Assembly: GCA_977018835.1 (NCBI GenBank)
Contig: OZ361256.1
Coordinates: forward strand, 7,440,001-7,504,000
Direction of reading: 5' to 3'
Origin: Minutocellus sp. GHC0000111
Taxonomy: Eukaryota
DNA: 64,000 bases
Below the pieces are notes generated by a model, which had not been told where the DNA came from, made no database searches, and saw nothing but the letters and a program-made list of their open reading frames with translations. The position numbers and the translations under genes are program-made. Shown piece after piece: positions 23,577-34,726 of the stretch; the first letter of the stretch is position 1, and each line of letters starts with the position of its first letter.

Positions 23577-24008
23577 CGCGCAATGGCTTTGATGTTTTGA
23601 TCTGTGGCGGCCGTTGATGCTGATGGCTCGCGGTGGCGATGGCGAGTTCTGGATCTTCAACCGCAGGGTCATTGGTCAATCCACGTTAGAATAGGTTATG
23701 GGTCCTTTTCCACAATGCAATTGCAACAGCAAACACCAAAATGATCAAAATGAGCGATGATTGTACTAGTCTAGTACCGGTACATGTAGTGCTTTCAATT
23801 TGTAATCGCCAAGGAAGATAAGCTAAGATGATGTGTATGTATGTATCTATGCATTTACATATACTGTTACAGTGTACAAAATTGTGGATTGTCATGCAAC
23901 GACAACTCATTCTGATCGATTGATCATCATTGGCCTGGCGGGCGCACGCACTCTCTCCATCTCATCTCTCCCAATTTTGATGGCATCCTTGCATGCGCAC
24001 ATGGTTCT

Positions 24009-24803
24009 TCATTGCTGCTCTAGGGCGGTTTTGATACCCCAGGCACCAGCACCAACGCCGGCGGGCACTCGCCGGTCGGTCCCCAGCAACGCCGACGCCA
24101 GCAACATTTGGGTGGGATACGGCGGACTGAGCGGGGTGTTGTTCAGTATCAAATTCTCGATCTTGTGCTCAATGATCTTGCCCGACTCAGGGTCCAGCTT
24201 GTACATGCTCACCCCGTCGAGGTACAGGGCGTTGCGCCGGTTGCCAACCACCTTGGGCACGATGACGGCATTCCACGAGATACGGATCGAGCCCCTGGCC
24301 CAGTCGTAGACCATTCGGTGCGAGATGAAGGACTTGTCCTTGTCGTAGAACAGTCCGACGACGCTCTGGGCGAATCGGAAGGACTGCTTGTAGCTCTTGA
24401 GGCCGGTCAGCTGAACGCCGGAGGGGTCGACGACGTTGATTTCGTTGTGGTAGATGGAGAAGTCTGGTGCGCGATACAGCAGGTGGGGGTAGTCCTTGCG
24501 GAGCGTGTCCATCGCTCGGCCCAAATTGATCTCGAACTCTCTGCGCTCGTCGACAATGTCCTGCAGAACTGGAGGAAGATCGGAGGTGGAGGTGGAGCTG
24601 GTACTCTCCTCGACGTCGGTCGACGATAGCAGTGTCGTCGAGTGCAGTGCCAATTTTGGTCCGTCTTGTTCGTTTGCGTTGCGATGAACAATTGTGCTGT
24701 GAGGTGCCGCTCGTCGGCCACCGCTGATCGCGGCCGACTGAAAGGCCGCGCAGCATTGCAGCACGAACAATACAGCGAGGGGGGACCCAATTGCTCGTCT
24801 CAT
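24009..24803 (-). CDS. DUF2358 (NTF2/SnoaL-like) family protein, plastid-targeted
   Basis: NLGRAMDTLRKDYP, PDFSIY, DPSG...G.KSYK, DGVSMYKLD. Signal peptide ending CCAAF. Confidence 0.8.
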   Translation of the reverse strand: MRRAIGSPLAVLFVLQCCAAFQSAAISGGRRAAPHSTIVHRNANEQDGPKLALHSTTLLSSTDVEESTSSTSTSDLPPVLQDIVDERREFEINLGRAMDTLRKDYPHLLYRAPDFSIYHNEINVVDPSGVQLTGLKSYKQSFRFAQSVVGLFYDKDKSFISHRMVYDWARGSIRISWNAVIVPKVVGNRRNALYLDGVSMYKLDPESGKIIEHKIENLILNNTPLSPPYPTQMLLASALLGTDRRVPAGVGAGAWGIKTALEQQ

Positions 24804-25435
24804 GGTTGCAGGAACTATCGTGGGAAATAAGGCAGGTTGATGGGTGAGGATTGGTTGGTGGGCAAGATCGTCGCTAATTTCCACGTCAGACTTTCGTGCG
24901 CATGTCTGTGTCGCACTTGAGCTGTCCTCTGCCTGTCCGTCTGATTATTTATCGTAAAATTTTGGAAGTCGTCATTCCGAACCCCTTGAGTTTCTTCCGG
25001 AGCTTTTTCGTGTGCGGCGGCGCGGCGTCCATCCCCAAGGGAGGCGTCCCTTGGTCCATCGCGTCCATCCAAAAGCAAGCCTCTTTCTTGAAGTCCGTGC
25101 AAGGAACCGGAGGATTGCAACATAATATTACGAGGAGGCCGGGCAAACAAGCGAGAAGCCCGAGTGAACCTACGTACAAGTCCGAGAAGCTGCGCCTCAT
25201 AACCCCTCGGCACCAGAAGGAATATATTGTGCGTCACCGAGCGAAGGCGATTGAATTGGACCCGCACCCGCGTGCTCTTTTACGTTGACATCTTTTTGTC
25301 GTCGTCCGGTTGGTTAGGCTTCTTTCCTCCTTCAGTTCCACCTTGATGCAAGATATTGAAGCTTGAGGTTGCCACGAATTCAGAAGACGACTGCGCTGTT
25401 GTACGTCAATTCCTTCAGCCTCTGCTTGCTGTATC

Positions 25436-28400
25436 ATGTCGCACCTTCCTTTAAGTCGAGAGGACGATCCCACCGGCGCCGCCGCTCTGGCGTCACGGTT
25501 CGATCAGGGCCTGTCGCTGCGCTCCACCATGGGCGGCCTGGGCGGGACGACGTCGGCCCCGCCCCCTCCAGGATTCGGCGCCGCGCCCGACCAGCGCGAC
25601 GGTGCCTACCGCCTCGATCTGGCCCGCGGCATGCTCTTCCAGGGCGGTAATGGTGGTGCTGATGGCGATGGAATTGGAAGCAGCGCAATAAGTGTTGGTC
25701 GTGGTGATGCTGCTGACATCACCGCTTCGGGTACGAGCAGTGAAGCCAGGCTGCAGGGATTTTCCGACAGAGGCCAACAGGGAGCAGCGCCCATCGGTAC
25801 GCGAATCAGCGAGGACAATGGCGGTGGCTTGCGCCAGCAGGGCAGCAGCGGAGCACTGCTCCGTCCCTCGGAGCTGGCGGCCTACGCCGGTGACATCGGC
25901 CGATCCTTCTCGGCACCTCCGGAGGACATTGATGGGCAGGGCATGCGATCGACGAGCTTTGCCAATCTGGCCGCGGCCCTGGGCGAGGACTTGGCAGAGA
26001 GCATGAACGACTCTCTCCAGAAGCAGCAAACTTTGAATAATCTCGGTGGCAATGGAGGTGTTCAGCACGGACAGCACCAGCAGCATCTGCCAATGTGAGT
26101 TATTCGCGACTTACAAATACATCTTTTTATTTGCCACCTATCTATTCTACAAACTTTCTCGTATTACTCTTGATTTATCTCACACTTCAATTTTCATGTC
26201 TATTTCATATCATCTGAATCTCACAGCGTTGCTGAGCAAAGCGGTCCGCCGGGGGGCATGTCGTCCCTGCAGGCTGCCGCATCGAATATTGGTGGTGGCG
26301 GGGTAGGAAGCGGCGTCAGCGCTGGTGGTGGGGAGATGGACAACTTTGCCAGACAAAGCAGGCATACTGCCGCCCGTTTAGGTCGGTCATCAGGGGGAAA
26401 CATGGGCTTAGTCGCGAGATATTCCTCGGCGACTGGTACCGCGGTTCTACCCCCTCGGATGGTCATACCACAGGACACGCCAGAACCATCCGATTCTGGG
26501 GCCGTGATTGGTCAGCCTCATCTGCAGCATCCCAGCTATACCGCCAACCTTGGCAACCGTTCTACGGCATCGACAGCAGATTTGACGCCGCATGATTCTG
26601 GCACTCTGTCTGGAAAGAATTCGCCTCATATCATCCACTATGCCCATCAGCTTGGGGCGCCGGTGGGAGTTACCGTCACCGAACCAGCTTCCGGGCAGAA
26701 TACACCCCAGTTGATCGCTCTGATGCATGGGCAGCATCGCGATGCTTCACCAGCCATCAACAGTCAGAATGGTCACGTAGTCCTTAGTCACTACGGAGGT
26801 AGAGTTTCGGCACCGCCTAGCATAGTTGTTGACGGATCTCAAGCCAAGAGACTTGGCGACCTGTCCCGACCAGATGTTATTCCTGCTCCATCTCATTTTC
26901 CCAGCGCGACTGAGTCATCTTCAACCACTCCAAGTGCCGTGGATTATCAGAACATGAGCAGGGAACAAAGTCCGCATCCATCAATGCTCCCTTCCCACCC
27001 TCAAAGCTATGGAGCCCCGGCGGTGGATCGTGCGCGAATGGTTCAGGCTGAGGTGGAGCTCGAGCCGTTTCTGTGGGATGTCTTTGGCGGGGATGGTCCG
27101 GAGCCATCTCCTCCGGCATCAAGGACGCCATCACCCATGAATAAGACAAGCCGAGGCCTTGCCATTCTCCACGCAGCTCACTTGTATATTCCCGACGTGC
27201 GTTCTACGTGTGAAGCATTCGGTGCCCTCATGAGCTTCCGAACTGAGTTCTGTAAGAGCCGAGGTGTCATTTTTGTCTCTTACCATGACCTGCGAAGCGC
27301 CCGATATGCTGCCGTGGAGTTGAAAGAGTGTCTGAAGCGACTGGCAACTCCTCGAGGCATTGCGGCGACATTTTGGTACAATACTGTGTCCCTCTGAATG
27401 CGTCTTTTGCCAGTGATGAGAGCGTGCTGGTAGTTGGAAACCTTCCAAGCAATTTCGATAGCGAACAGAAGCTGAGCAATTTCATGAATTCCTATGGAGC
27501 GGTGCGTGGCGTCCGTCTTGATTCGTTGGGCGAATACACTGGAAAGGGCAATCGGCCATACATTATTGAATTCTACGACGATCAAGATGCAAAGCAGGCA
27601 TTGTTGGAACTTGAAAGTGATCAGCCTTGGGGACCTGATGCGGTTGTGTCCGTCGGCCTTCGTCCGGCGAGCGAGAGGAAGCAGGGACAAGAATTTTTGG
27701 CATTGATTGGCAAATGGAGGAAGGATGAACCAACCAGACCGGTGGAGGTCGGAACTACGGTGAACGTTGCTGCTGGTACTACTCCATCTCCACTTCCATC
27801 GATGGAGGCCTCAAATCCCCGTGCGAGCATGACATATTCATCGGCTTCACCAGCGAGTGTGGGGAGTGATGCTTCACCGCCAACGCAAGCGGGAGCTGGA
27901 CCATCTAATACGTCGGCGTCTTCCGTCTCCGGTCCACCCTATGCGGTTCCACCTTCGGGCGGAGCCCGCACGCACCACCAACTTCCTCCACAAGCAGTTC
28001 ATTCAACTACACAGCTTGTCGTTGGTCCTAATGGGCAGTACTCGTACATTGTGGTGTATCAGCCTCCTCATCCTCACGGGGTGCCGCCGCCTCATTCAAC
28101 TGCTTCTCACCACCCTGGTCATACATATGTCACTCACCAACCTCCGGTGCAACAGCAGATCGTTCATGGGCCACATGGGACGTATGTTGCCACTGTTCCA
28201 ACGACCCAAGTGTATCATACGACACCGCATGGTCATCAAATCCCTTCTGCCCACCACCTGGCACCCCAATACCACCACCTCCCGCCCGGCGCTGTCATTA
28301 GCACACCATATGGTCACGGACACCCCTCCTCTGTGCCAGTTTATACACACATCCACGGAGCGGCGACCGACTCAAGCGTTTCAAGTGGCAGTGCCGTTTC

Positions 28401-29103
28401 GGGTGGAATGCACCATCATCATGGCATGATTCCGCCGAGGACTGGCCAATCGGCTCCACAAGGGCAGCACAGGCGGCACAGTGCGGATGATGATCCAACG
28501 CAGCTGCTGCTTGATATTGACGCCGTCGAGAGCGGGAAGGACACAAGGACCTCGCTCATGGTGCGGAATATTCCCAACAAGTACACTCAAAAGATGCTCT
28601 TGGACGAATTTGCCGAGGCTGGCCACGGATCGGACAAGATGGACTTCTTTTACTTGCCCATTGATTTCAAGAACCGTTGCAACCGTGGATATGCATTTGT
28701 GAATTTTGTCGACTTTAAAGACATTGCAGCGTTTCATCGTCATTACAACGGCAAGCAGTGGAAGGTATTCAACAGTGACAAGATCTGTGATATTACCTAC
28801 GCTCGCATCCAGGGCAAGGCGGCCATGCTCAAGCGCTTCCAGAACTCGGCCCTGATGGAGAAGGAGGATGATTATCGGCCGGTGGTATTTGTGAGTAGCG
28901 GCCCTGATAAGGGAAAGCGAGAAGAATTTCCGGCTCCAACCGCCCATCATCATCACCACCACCAGCATCATCCGCAGCAGCAGCAGCAGCAGCAGGTTCA
29001 GCACAACCCACACCACCACCACCACCACGTCCCTCCAGGAGCATCATCCCTTGCATCGGCGGCCGCAGCTGGAGCTGCTAACGCTCATCACGGCACAATG
29101 TAG
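25436..29103 (+). CDS. Mei2-like RRM RNA-binding protein; intron 26095-26226; -1 frameshift near 27345
   Basis: Mei2 C-terminal RRM: RTSLMVRNIPNKY, DFFYLPIDFKNRCNRGYAFVNF, YARIQG. Upstream RRMs: GVIFVSYHDLRSA, IEFYDDQDA. Confidence 0.88.
28945..29027 (+). repeat. CAT/CAC/CAG trinucleotide repeats encoding a His/Gln tail
   Basis: HHHHHHQHHPQQQQQQQVQHNPHHHHHH. Confidence 0.8.
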
Positions 29104-29557
29104 ATTGCTAAATCTGCTTTCTGCGACGTTCCGAAGGGAATGCCCTTGTACAAAGTGTCAGGCAAATGCTAGAGAACAACTTCTGCAGCTTTGCATTGTG
29201 GCAATCAAGCAATTTTTCATGACTATTGACAATTTTCCTGCTACTGTAGAATAGGCAATTGCATGATTCATTCTGAGTAGATAACTAGCTCAAGACTTTA
29301 GACAAATACATAACCAATGTTATCGCCTATGATTTCCTATCGTCGGGTACCATAGGGATCATTTCTGAAAGGTTGGCTGTTGCTGGCCTTGCTCTCAAAA
29401 ACGCCGGCGGCAGAAACGACGATTGAAAATGAGTTGCGACTTGTGTAGGATTTTCCATTGCATTTTTGCCTGCCACGAGGCCGGACGACGACGAAACAGC
29501 AAAAAAACGAGCAAAGCAAGCCATTTTTGGGAGCAAGAGAATAATAATACAGCGAAG

Positions 29558-30774
29558 ATGTTCCTCGTAGACTGGTGGTACAGCGCGCTCGCGAGTCTTG
29601 GTAAGCCTCTCGAGAGTGCCGTTGTTGAGATGTGGTGGTCGGATTGGACTTCCGCTCGATTCAGCTCCTGATCAGACCCCGCGGTCGGCCACGTATGCGA
29701 GCAATGCAACTTTTTTTGGCCATTGCGACCGTCCGTCCCCCCCGAGAGTTGGTCCAGCCCAAACGCAGTTGGTGTCCAATTGCTCAAGATACTTGGCCTT
29801 GATGCCCCGAAGAGGGGGGTTAGATGTGCTGGTGGTCGCTTGTTGGTGGTTCGAGAGGTCATCAATAAGTCTTTTGTGCGGAGATACGGTCGGTCGGGCG
29901 AAGGGCGGAGAAACAAATAACCCCCGGCACAACACGACCGTTTTCGCCCGCAAGATACCGCCACTGAAAGGAGCCAGGATCCCGCATCGGTGCAACCAGT
30001 GCTGTTGCATTGGAGCTGGGACGGTGCAGAGCAGCGTGGGGTTTGTGTTCTCGGGCCTTTTTAGACGAAATGACCAACAGCGGACCGATGGCCACCGTCG
30101 GATGTCTGCCCTCCCTCCAACTCGTCGGAGCATAGCACTGGCACTGCTTTTCAATTATTTTTACTCCTTTTCCCTTCAACATATCGATGCACTCACCTCT
30201 TGTGTCACTCTGATCAATATCTCTCCCCACACTATCAGGACTCTATCACAAGAATGCCAAAATTTTGTTCCTGGGGCTGGACAATGCCGGCAAGACCACA
30301 CTCCTGCACATGCTCAAGGAGAATCGCGTACAGGTCCACGTCCCGACGCTCCACCCCAACACCGACGAGCTGATCATCGGCAAGATCAAGTTCAAGACCT
30401 TCGACCTCGGCGGACACGAGACCGCCCGCCGCCTGTGGCAGGATTACTTCACCACCGTCGACGGCGTCGTTTACCTCGTCGATGCCATCGATCGGGGACG
30501 TTTCCCCGAGGCCAAGAAGGAGCTCGATGCCCTCCTCACCTCCGACGAGCTGGCCGACGTCCCCTTCCTCGTCTTGGGCAACAAGATCGATATGCCCACC
30601 GCCGCATCCGAGGAGGAGCTCAAGTACGCCCTCGGACTTATGGACACATACGGCAAGGACACCAAGCCCGATAAGGACTCCGGTGTCCGCCCGATCGAAA
30701 TGTACATGTGCTCCGTGATCAGGAGAATGGGTTACGCCGATGGCTTCCAATGGTTGTCGCAGTTCCTTTCGTAA
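29558..30774 (+). CDS. SAR1: Small GTPase SAR1; intron 29601-30238
   Basis: [58 protein letters not shown]. Confidence 0.98.
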
Positions 30775-31132
30775 GAGCGGGGGAAATAGATGATGACAAG
30801 AAAAATTGATACTAGAACATGAACGAACCGTTCGATGATTGGATGAATGAGGGCTTTGTGGGACCCTCGATGTGGATGGGTTCTGCGATTGCGTTTTGAG
30901 AGTGTGAAAAGACGTGACTGCGGAAGCATTTGTTGCGCTGTGGAGTCTTCCTATGCAGTAGAATCAAAATACGATAATTCACTTTTCATCATTACTAACG
31001 CCGGAGCACCGGCAGTGGTTGCTGAGACTTTTTACATTGACATGTACATGTAGCCGAGCTAGTAGGACATGCATCAATGCCGGGCCCCGCTTGTGCTCGC
31101 TCATCGCCCCTGCACTCACTCGCGGAAATGTA

Positions 31133-31326
31133 CAGTCCATTCTCACCTAAAAGCAATTGGTAATTGCTTAGGTGAGGGCTGAGATTCTGAGCATATTGTT
31201 TATTCTAAGAGCTAATTGGTACCTCATTTGCATGTTATTCCTTATTCCAAAATAAGCAATTTGAGACCTCGGGCCCGAGTCTCAATTGCTTACATATACA
31301 TGTGTAGTAGAGGTGAGAACGGACTG
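31133..31326. mobile_element. 194-bp non-autonomous Tc1/mariner-type MITE
   Basis: Terminal inverted repeats CAGTCCATTCTCACCT ... AGGTGAGAACGGACTG (15/16 match). TA on both sides (31131-32, 31327-28). AT-rich non-coding interior. Confidence 0.8.
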
Positions 31327-31791
31327 TAGGATTCCTAGATCTATGACGAGTAGAAAAAAACACTACGGTCTTGTTGCTGCGGCCTGGCACTTATATACAG
31401 TCGTGTAATACCTACATTTGTACACGTAGATCTATAAAGTAGAATCCTCCGAAGTGAAGGGTTGTGTGAAAGTGTGTGAGAGAGTACCAGCTGAGAGTAG
31501 TACCGGTACAACATGTAGTCAGACAGAGGGGTTCGCACCTGCAACGGGTTCGCACCCAACGACCGATTGCTTGCTGGTGCGAGCGCGAGCGAGCGGAGAG
31601 CAGTTGGGCGAGAGCTTCGCATAGAAATTTTCAATCAGCTGAAGCAGATGGCAGAGCTTCGCATCGAAAGAGCCGTGAGCAATCTCTCTGCCTCACAATA
31701 ACGCAGCAAATCGAACAGTAATTTATTCATTTCACACACCTATACAAAAAGAAGCAAATCAAAGCCAGTCATAACGCCCCGGAAAAGATAA

Positions 31792-34448
31792 ATGAACTTC
31801 CTACGCATCGGCATTCTTTGTGCCGTCCTGATTTCGCCATCGACGACGGCGATCGCTACCGACAGCAATGTGCAGGACGAAATTCTCGAGCAAACCTTTT
31901 CGATTCGGTCTCAGGCCACTAAGACGAAGAAACAGCACAGCACTCCCAGCAGTTTATTCAACAGCCGCATCGGCACCGCCAGCACCGCCGCCTCCAGCCC
32001 AAACGTTCTTAGCAAGCATCTCGACACTCACCAGTACACCGACCGCCGCACCAACGGGAAATTTGCCATTCTTCCCGGTCCTTCAACTGATGGCATGCAT
32101 GGCCATCATGACCACATTCGCCGCAAGTCTGTAGATGTACCTCTCGGTGACCATGCCATCCCCGACAAGCCCGACTTTCTGACCCATCATCTTCTCCGCG
32201 GAGGAATTGGTGCCACCACAGCTGGTAAATTCCTCAGTCGCACCCTTCAGTACGATGTATCCCGTGATCCCTCTTCGCCCAAGGTACCCCTCAAAATCCT
32301 TCATCTTGGCGATTCCTATTCGGCCGGTACCGGTACTGACACCTATTATGGGCCAAAGGGATGCTATCGTAGCAAGTTGAATTGGGGGGAAGTGTTTGCC
32401 AAATCACTTGAGGACATCTTTCATGTGTCGTACATCAATCGCGCCTGCAATGGTGCAGTCACCTCCAATCCTTTCAAGAAAAAGAGGATGTATGATATCC
32501 CTCACTTTTTCAAAGATATCAACCTCTTTCCCACCAAGGAGCCACAGGAGTGCCCAGAACCATCCGATGATGAATACTATGAAAATGTCGAGACCGACAA
32601 AGGCTGGGTGTGTGAGCGATACGTCAAACCACAGCTCGATTCCGTCACCAACGAAATCGATCTTGTTCTCATCTCATCCGGAGGGAACGATCTTGGCTTT
32701 GCATTCGTTATACAGTACTGTTTTGTACCATTATTTACAACAGCTAACGATTGCGCGGAAAAGATTGCTTTTGCCCGGAAAAGACTTGATGAACCTACAC
32801 AATTTCGCCATGGCATTCGAAATGGCCTCCTGGAAATACGTAAAAAATTGATGGAGAATAGGTCAAGAGGTCCGGCGAGGGTGATTCTTTCATCCTATCC
32901 TCGCCTTCTTCCTAAGGGCAAGGCTTACTACGTTACCCAAAATCTCGAAGACGAAGACACACCAGTAATTTATCCTGCAGGTGCAGTGATTGAAAAGCTG
33001 GCCGAAGACTTTGACGAGGAACAGAGAAAGGCCGTGGCCGAAGCTAATGCCGAGGCCGAAGAAGACTTTGCGACTGACTTCGATAGGACCAAGGACGCAT
33101 GGCCGACCCAGACCCATTCGAGGAGAACCCAGATCGTTGGATCAACGAGCTTCTTGAGACGAGTACTTTTGACTTTTTTACATGGTATCATCCTACCATC
33201 AAAGGGCATTCCGAATGGGGCAATGCACTTTCAATTCTTGGAACGGCGGGAGCTGTGGGTGGATCATTTGAGGGATCAGCCAGTATCGATCTAGCCCTTG
33301 TTGTAGATACTACTGGTTCTATGTCCGACACCATCGCATCAGTCCGTCGGAACTTAGCCTCACTAGTTAATCAACTTGCTGCGGCAACAAGCTCCTATCG
33401 AGTCGCAGTCGTTTCCTACCAAGATAACCCACCCGACGGTATCTATGCCTCTCGCGTCGATCTGGACTTTACAAGCGACCTTCCTTCGATCCAAGAGGCC
33501 ATTGGCAACCTTGATGCCAATGAGGGGGGCGACACCCCTGAAACGGTGTTTTCTGGGATCAAGAGCGCCATTGACTTGCCTTGGAGGACAGGAGTAACCA
33601 AGATTGCCATTGTGATTGGAGACGCAGGTCCAAAGCTCGACGCCGACGGAAAGGAACCAGTCAGCAATTTGACCGCCGCCCAAATTATCGCCTCGAGCAT
33701 CGCCGTTGATCCAGTCCAAGTCACGTTTGTTGATATCGCCAATCTTTACAGTGATGAAAGTGTTCAGCAAATTTCATCAGGAACTTGAGGCCAGGTTATC
33801 AGCGGTGCTAGTGGTATTGTTAGCACCTTGGAAGGCATAATCGACACTTCGTCAAAACAGCCTTTCGCTTGGTTTGGTGAGTCGATTATTGGCAAAATAG
33901 GAACCCCCGTCCGTTTCAACGCGCAGGGCTCCTACGATCCTTATGGTCATGGTATCGACAATTACGAATGGGACTTCGATGGAGACGGAGTCTTTGATAC
34001 TTCGTCAGAGGAGCCTTTCGTCAACCACACGTATTCTGCCGAATTCGAAGGCCACGCCATTCTTAGGGTGCATAGTATTGGTGGCCATGCTCTTGCATCG
34101 GCTCTTGTTATCGTCAACGAAGAAGGATCTGTCCCCCAAAACCCTACACTTCCTTGCGAATTTGACGACAGTGGTCTTCCCATAATCACAACAGAGAATG
34201 GAACGTACATTTACTGCATGGTAGAGGAAGGTACCTTTCCAATGGAAAATGTACCAGGTGTTACCATGGGTGGCAACCCTGATCCCTCCTTTATGGATTC
34301 TCTAATGGACACGTACAGCACCCACCCAAGCGAGTGGTCGACAACACAGATGGCTGGTGTCGCCGTTGGTGTCATAATTGGTCTCTTGATCTTGTGCTGC
34401 CTTGTCTATTGCTGCTGCTGCAGGCGTGATAAAATTGGATCAAAGTAA
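31792..34448 (+). pseudogene. Secreted, membrane-anchored SGNH hydrolase-vWA-PKD protein with a frameshift (about 33100) and an in-frame TGA (33786-33788)
   Basis: Signal peptide; LGDSYSAG, ACNGA, GGNDLGF and YHPT..GH (SGNH blocks); VVDTTGSM MIDAS; GSYDP....YEWDFDGDG (PKD); C-terminal TM followed by a Cys string. Confidence 0.8.
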
Positions 34449-34726
34449 GTAGTTACAATTTGACAAAGTTCGGTAATCAGAACAATAGCGGGCGATTGAC
34501 GGAGTGAGATTGCGGACATCGTATGTCGCGGAAAACGAAATCGAAATAATAGCAACGCGGAGATAATTCTTTGAAAAAAATATGAGATTGCGGAAGACGA
34601 AACGGAGCGACGATTTGAACTCGGAGTAAACTAATTCTTAGATATGCAGAGTAAGACATACAATCGTTAATGGATTGAAAATGCCCAATTCAGTTGCACA
34701 GCCTTAATAATAGAAGTAATTCAAAT

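Noticed and set aside
24815..25473. Short ORFs between DUF2358 and the Mei2-like gene
   Set aside because: Divergent promoter/UTR region with no motif support.
29598..30674. 358-aa ORF over SAR1
   Set aside because: It runs through the intron and an off-frame of exon 2.
33786..33788. Selenocysteine or read-through TGA
   Set aside because: The position corresponds to Gly in a TGG motif rather than Cys, the gene has a second lesion, and TGA is a normal stop elsewhere in the window.
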